Assembly (NCBI GenBank): GCA_038227875.1
Contig: JBBRPR010000005.1
Location: 64,001 to 128,000, forward strand
Reading direction: 5' to 3'
Length of the DNA stretch: 64,000 nt
Origin: Planctomycetota bacterium
Lineage (GTDB): Bacteria > Planctomycetota > SZUA-567 > H5-PLA8
In this document: piece by piece, positions 59,431-64,000 of the stretch
Numbering within the stretch: position 1 is the first letter of the stretch
Layout: each line of letters begins with the position of its first letter
Program-made: the position numbers and the translations under genes
Notes under the pieces: generated by a model
What the model saw: the letters and a program-made list of their open reading frames with translations, nothing else
The model's database searches: none
What the model was told of the DNA's origin: nothing

Positions 59431-59934
59431 ATGAACAGGTGGCTCATCGGACTACTGTCAGCTACATTGCTAACCATTTCCACTGACCTCCGCGCGACAG
59501 AAGCCGTGGAAGAACCCAAGCCATCACAGGTCGTATTATTGGGGCGCGCCATCAGTAACCTTGAGAAAAAATGTACGCCGGCCGCTGGCAGCACGCGGAA
59601 GGAAGTGGAGAAGATTTTTGGAGCCGGCCTGCCCATTCATCGCGATGACGTACGGATAACTGTTGAGGAGCGAAAACGATTACCCACCGCCGAAAGTCGA
59701 TTCTGGAAGTATGATTTATGCGAGAATGGAGAACTTCGTGTGCGCTACGACGACGCAACGAATACCGTTGTCGAATCTGCCCATTACTACAATCCTTTCC
59801 AGATAAATGGTCCCGCAAAACTAAAGACGGACAGCGAAATTCTGGATGACCAGATCAAACGCCTGGAGCAGATTACGGTTATTCTCGAGGCGTTTATGAA
59901 ACGAATCCAGGTTGAGAACGCTAAAGGCAAATAA
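59431..59934 (+). CDS. Hypothetical secreted protein
   Basis: Signal peptide; GSTRKEVEKIFG resembles a SmpA/BLIP-like motif. Confidence 0.65.
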   Translation: MNRWLIGLLSATLLTISTDLRATEAVEEPKPSQVVLLGRAISNLEKKCTPAAGSTRKEVEKIFGAGLPIHRDDVRITVEERKRLPTAESRFWKYDLCENGELRVRYDDATNTVVESAHYYNPFQINGPAKLKTDSEILDDQIKRLEQITVILEAFMKRIQVENAKGK

Positions 59935-60007
59935 TGCGGTTGAGATCAAGTCGTATTTGAGCAGCAATAACATCACCCGGCTGTATGAACTCTACCGAAC
60001 TACTGCA

Positions 60008-60337
60008 CTACTCTATCGGCACATGCGTCCACTCGAAATCCGAGATCCAGGATTCTTCATGGCTTGCGTACTTCTGAAACGCGACAACAACCATTTCGAT
60101 TGTTAGTTCTGGATTGATTGCTTTGAAGTGATTTTTTACAGAGTCCAACTGGTACTCCAAGTCGTCTTCCGTTAGCGATGCCAGCACCCGAGGCGTGATA
60201 TCATCCCCCAATACTCTTGAGCAGACATCTATCCCGTCTTGTGGACAAATTGCGGAGAATTCGAGCGGCGGTGATAGCGCTCCACAAAGTTCTTCGCCGA
60301 GTGCGCAGAGAAGTTCGTCTCGATCTTGTTCAGTCAT
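60008..60337 (-). CDS. Small acidic hypothetical protein
   Basis: ATG 60337, 7 bp after the stop of the upstream gene, with AGGA upstream. Confidence 0.6.
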   Translation of the reverse strand: MTEQDRDELLCALGEELCGALSPPLEFSAICPQDGIDVCSRVLGDDITPRVLASLTEDDLEYQLDSVKNHFKAINPELTIEMVVVAFQKYASHEESWISDFEWTHVPIE

Positions 60338-60344
60338 GCACTTC

Positions 60345-61067
60345 CTACACCGTCGCCGGCGGCTCGGACGGCGCAACCGGCGGCGCGGGCGTTGGTAGCG
60401 TACCCGGAGCCGCCGGGTCGGTGGGCTTCGATGGATTGTTCTTCAGCAGCAAATAGCCCAGGAACAATCCACCGGCCAATACAATGATCGCAACGATCAA
60501 CTCCGGCGACTTGCCATCGTCGAGAATGATAAAATCCTTCGATAAGTTGCGATCCAGGCTGGCGAGTTTGTCGCGGTCGGACTCCTTTAAATCGATTCCA
60601 AATCGAATCATTCCCGTGATGGTTCGTGTGGGATAAATCTCGTCCGGGTGCTCCATCAGAAAGGCCAGCGCGGCCTGCTCGTCCTTGATCTCCCTGAGCC
60701 GCTCCATCGTCTTCATCAGCGCGGGATCTTTAGTTGCGAAGAGAATCTCAATGGTTTTGCCATTGGTTTCACTCCCTGCCGCCTTGACCGGAATATACAA
60801 TTCATCAATTACTTTAGTGAACAAAACGGTTCGCACGGCGGCGTTCGGCAGATCGAGCCTACAGTCTTTCAAGGTGAGCCATTTGGCCGATGGCTTTTTT
60901 GCAAGATAGTCGCTGACCGAGATTTCCGTCGGCGAGAAATTAGTAAGCCCAGTGTAAAGCGCCTGTCCTCCACCCCAGATCAGTCCGAGGACAAGGATGA
61001 CCGCCAAACACCCGCCGCGTGATGCTCCCCGAGGTTGCAAGCGCATTGCGATTCTCCAATTCAACAT
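60345..61067 (-). CDS. Hypothetical membrane protein (two TM helices, Pro-rich tail)
   Basis: TM segments GCLAVILVLGLIWGGG and LIVAIIVLAGGLFLGYLLL. Confidence 0.75.
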   Translation of the reverse strand: MLNWRIAMRLQPRGASRGGCLAVILVLGLIWGGGQALYTGLTNFSPTEISVSDYLAKKPSAKWLTLKDCRLDLPNAAVRTVLFTKVIDELYIPVKAAGSETNGKTIEILFATKDPALMKTMERLREIKDEQAALAFLMEHPDEIYPTRTITGMIRFGIDLKESDRDKLASLDRNLSKDFIILDDGKSPELIVAIIVLAGGLFLGYLLLKNNPSKPTDPAAPGTLPTPAPPVAPSEPPATV

Positions 61068-61159
61068 GCAGGTATTAAAATAATATAAAACCTGTTAACA
61101 CGAATCGCTGCGGCCGCAATGGGTAAATAAATAGTATTCGTTCTAACCGATCGACATCA

Positions 61160-62338
61160 TCACTTCCCCCGCTGCGTCACCGCAATCACCCCTTCATACA
61201 ACCCCACGTGATCGGTCGCCCACTTCTCCTGCTTCGTCTGTAAATCCTTGACGTCGTGGTTGACCGAAGCGGCTTCCAGTTCGCGGGACATGTAGAAATC
61301 GTCTTTCTTCCATTCGTAGTCGCGGGGCGGCTGGGATTTATTGGCAATCTTGATGATCTCGGCGTAGGCCTCGATCAGGCCCGCGCGGGCCATCGCGTAG
61401 TACCAGACTTTTGGAGCGACTTTGACGTAGACGCAGAAAAATGGCTGCTGCTGCGCGAAGTATCGTCGGCGGAACTGGTACGCGGTGCCGACGGGTTTCT
61501 CCGCAAGCGTCGCCTCGTTCGGGGATTTCACTTTTTTCCATTCGGTGGCGGAGAGGTCCAGATTGAACTTCACCTTTCCGCCCTTCACGGCTTTCTTCTT
61601 TTCGGGAGTAAGCTCCTTTTCAAGCTCCGTGGCCCACGCGAGCAGACTTTTGTATTCCACATTCCGGTCGTCGTCGGCGTGCCAGTAACCGATCAGCGCG
61701 CCGGCTTTTTTGCCCGAGCTTTCGAACACGAGGTAATCGCCTGCGCCGTTGGTGAAGATCGGCAGCCACGTTTTGGTGTACGGCTGCTCCAGATCGGCCT
61801 TCGGATTGGAGAGAAATTTCCACGCGTCGAGCGCTTCGGCCGCGGACATGGGCGTGCGATTGTCGTCTTGCGAAAGACTCTCGACTTTGGATTGTCCATC
61901 GTGCCAGCGGAAGAAGGCAACCAGGTCCGGCGGGAGCACGCCGCCGCCGAACGCATCGGCCAGAGCCTTCAACGCCGCATCGCTCGCGCCGGGTTTTAGC
62001 ACCGCGAGCGCTTCCGGATTGTCGTCCTTCAAGAGCACGTCGATGCGCGCGAGTTTCGCGCTCAGCGCATCCGACGTCGCTGGCGCTTTCGCTGCCGGAA
62101 CCGACTTTTCTGCGGGAACTGTAGCCTCGCCGCCTGACGCCTGCGCGTAGCCCTTTTTCGTTTTCTCTTTGATCAACGCCTCGTACGCCGCCTTCGCTTC
62201 CGCCGCATTCTTGAAGGTCTTTGAGGTGGATTGCCCCGCTGCTCCAATTCGACCGTAATGCGTGACGACTTCCGTATCCTTGAGCGTAATTTCCCAGAAC
62301 TTGTGGTGCGACCCTTCCGAGAATTCATAGCGCGGCAT
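61160..62338 (-). CDS. WGR domain + SMI1/KNR4 (SUKH) domain protein with unknown C-terminal domain
   Basis: EGSHHKFWEI...YGRIGAAGQ...KTKKGY (WGR); LKPGASDAAL...LPPDLVAFFRWHDGQ...WLPIFTNGAGDY (SMI1/KNR4). Confidence 0.88.
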   Translation of the reverse strand: MPRYEFSEGSHHKFWEITLKDTEVVTHYGRIGAAGQSTSKTFKNAAEAKAAYEALIKEKTKKGYAQASGGEATVPAEKSVPAAKAPATSDALSAKLARIDVLLKDDNPEALAVLKPGASDAALKALADAFGGGVLPPDLVAFFRWHDGQSKVESLSQDDNRTPMSAAEALDAWKFLSNPKADLEQPYTKTWLPIFTNGAGDYLVFESSGKKAGALIGYWHADDDRNVEYKSLLAWATELEKELTPEKKKAVKGGKVKFNLDLSATEWKKVKSPNEATLAEKPVGTAYQFRRRYFAQQQPFFCVYVKVAPKVWYYAMARAGLIEAYAEIIKIANKSQPPRDYEWKKDDFYMSRELEAASVNHDVKDLQTKQEKWATDHVGLYEGVIAVTQRGK

Positions 62339-62452
62339 AGGTGCTCCTTTTCAAGAGTTCAGAATAGCGACACATCTGCGTGGGAACGGGGTAGAATGTA
62401 GGGCGCGCGCCCGCTTTTTCCACTGCGCGCATTCGTCCCGGAGACAAGAACC

Positions 62453-64000
62453 GTGAAGCAACCGCTCCTGCCCCTTTTAGCGTTCCTGGCGCTCGCCAGC
62501 GCGGCATTCAGCACTTCCGCGCATTCCGGCGAAGCTCCGGCTGCGCCAGACGTGCTTGGCATGCGCGTGTACACGCAGGAACTCACGCTCGTCTTTGCGA
62601 CGCCGGAGGACGCGGCCAAGGCAACGCTCACGGCCAGCCCGGTTTTCGATGGCAAGAAGTGGGCCTTCTCAGCGCGCTGGGACGACAACAACGCGAATCA
62701 CGAACACATGCACGCAGCGATGGCCAAGCATGGGTTGAAAGGCACGTTCTATCTCAACCAGACCGGCGCGGCGGATGCCAAAGGAGTCTTCCAGTTCGGC
62801 GCGGATTTCGCGCGGAAATTGTCGGCCGACGGATTCAGTATCGGCTCGCACGCGCAGACACATCCGCTGCTGACTACGCAGACGGCCAACGAGATTTTCT
62901 ACGAAGTGCTGGCCAATCGCATCGAACGCGAACGGCAGACGAGCCACCCGATCAACACATTCGCGTTTCCGTTTGGCAACTACAGCGCGGTGATGAATCC
63001 AAACATGCAAGCCGTGATCACCCAGGTCTTCGTCCGCTCGGGTCTCCACAACACGCCGTACGCCGGCTTCGTGCAGCACAATCCGGGGCTGAAGCCCTTC
63101 GAGATCTCGACGACGTTCCAGGTCGAACCCGGCGACCGTGAAGTCAAGGCCGACGACTTCGACAAGAAAATGGACGCGGTGCTGCACAACAAAAATTCGC
63201 GGACCTGCACTGCATCAATCTCGGCGTGCATGTCTGGCAATCCGGAAAGGCCTGGGACGATCTCGATGGCGTATTCAAGAAGTACGCGAACCGGTCCGAC
63301 TTCTGGTATTGCAACATGACCCAGTTTGCCGCGTACGAGCGGCAGTTCCGATTTTGCCGCATCGAAGCTCAAGCGGCGGCCGGGGCTGAACGCACTTTCC
63401 ACATCACACGTCCGATCGCGGCGGAGGTCGGCGACGACACGCCGCTGACGCTCATCCTCGATGGCGCACCACTGAAGGACGTTCGCGCCACCGAATTCGT
63501 TTGCGAGCACCACGACGCGGAAGGCAAAACGATCCTGAACGCCGCGCACTCCGACGCTCAGAAAATTCCGGTCAAGATCGGCGCAGTGGACAATCCGGAC
63601 AATGCAGCCACGCCGGCGAAGTCCGAAAAAATCGCGGAACTGCCGGACCTGCAGGCCTGGTGTTACGCGGATCTGCAGACCAAGGAGCTCGTGCTCTCAC
63701 TGGAGAACTCGGGCACGGCGCCGCTCGCCGACGTGCGCGCGACGCTACGGTTTCCGCCGGTGTACGCGGACGGTGTGCGGCGCATCGAACTTCCCGGTCT
63801 CCCCGCCGGAGAGAAGAAAACCTGGCGCTGGCCGCTCGGCGAGGAACGCACGGAATCCGCGCTGCACGATGGCCGGCCGTACTTCGTCGCGGAGCTCGAT
63901 TTTCGGGCGGGCACCGAACCACAACGGTTGTTCGCGACGACGCGGCTGCCGGAAGCGCTCTCGCCGCAGCGCGCCTGCTTCCGCGACGCGGTGCGAATGT
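62453..64000 (+). pseudogene. Secreted polysaccharide deacetylase (CE4/NodB-like) with a frameshift near 63191-63195; continues beyond the window
   Basis: SARWDD, GLKGTFYL, IGSHAQTHP, FAFPFG. After the A5 run the -1 frame reads KFADLHCINLGVHVW...FWYCNMTQFAAYER and stays open to the window end. Confidence 0.8.

Noticed and set aside
1..64000. CRISPR array, integron attC array, IS element, rRNA
   Set aside because: No regularly spaced repeats, cas genes, integrase, transposase or rRNA-like sequence seen by eye.

Overview
A GC-rich bacterial chromosomal window, most likely from a Planctomycetota genome (inferred from gene content: ECF sigma/zf-HC2 pairs, prenyltransferase-repeat protein, MoxR-DUF58-BatA/VWA operon, PQQ-type beta-propellers, redoxin-cytochrome c-copper monooxygenase fusion). 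From left to right: a truncated rarA; an ECF sigma factor with an anti-sigma/prenyltransferase-barrel fusion; a minus-strand MoxR/VWA operon headed by a 1857-aa propeller/TPR protein and a second ECF/anti-sigma pair; a glycosidase-like gene with an AraC regulator; a P1B-5-type ATPase; an uncharacterised, partly translationally coupled cluster (TlpA, SCP2, EhpF-like adenylating enzyme, alpha/beta hydrolase, class III aminotransferase, lipoprotein, MqnD-like); tRNA-Lys(UUU); accessory and glycosylation genes (YfhO-like, cyclic beta-1,2-glucan synthase, TMTC-like); OYE, 2OG oxygenase, YhaM and a methyltransferase; tRNA-Arg(CCG) followed by an AT-richer patch ending in a WGR-SMI1/KNR4 gene; and a frameshifted polysaccharide deacetylase running off the right end. 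Non-coding features include two kinds of REP-like palindromic element (one pair shows compensatory base changes), short tandem repeats and several candidate RNA structures. I saw no CRISPR array, rRNA, integrase or transposase. All family calls come from motif recognition by eye; no database search was run.
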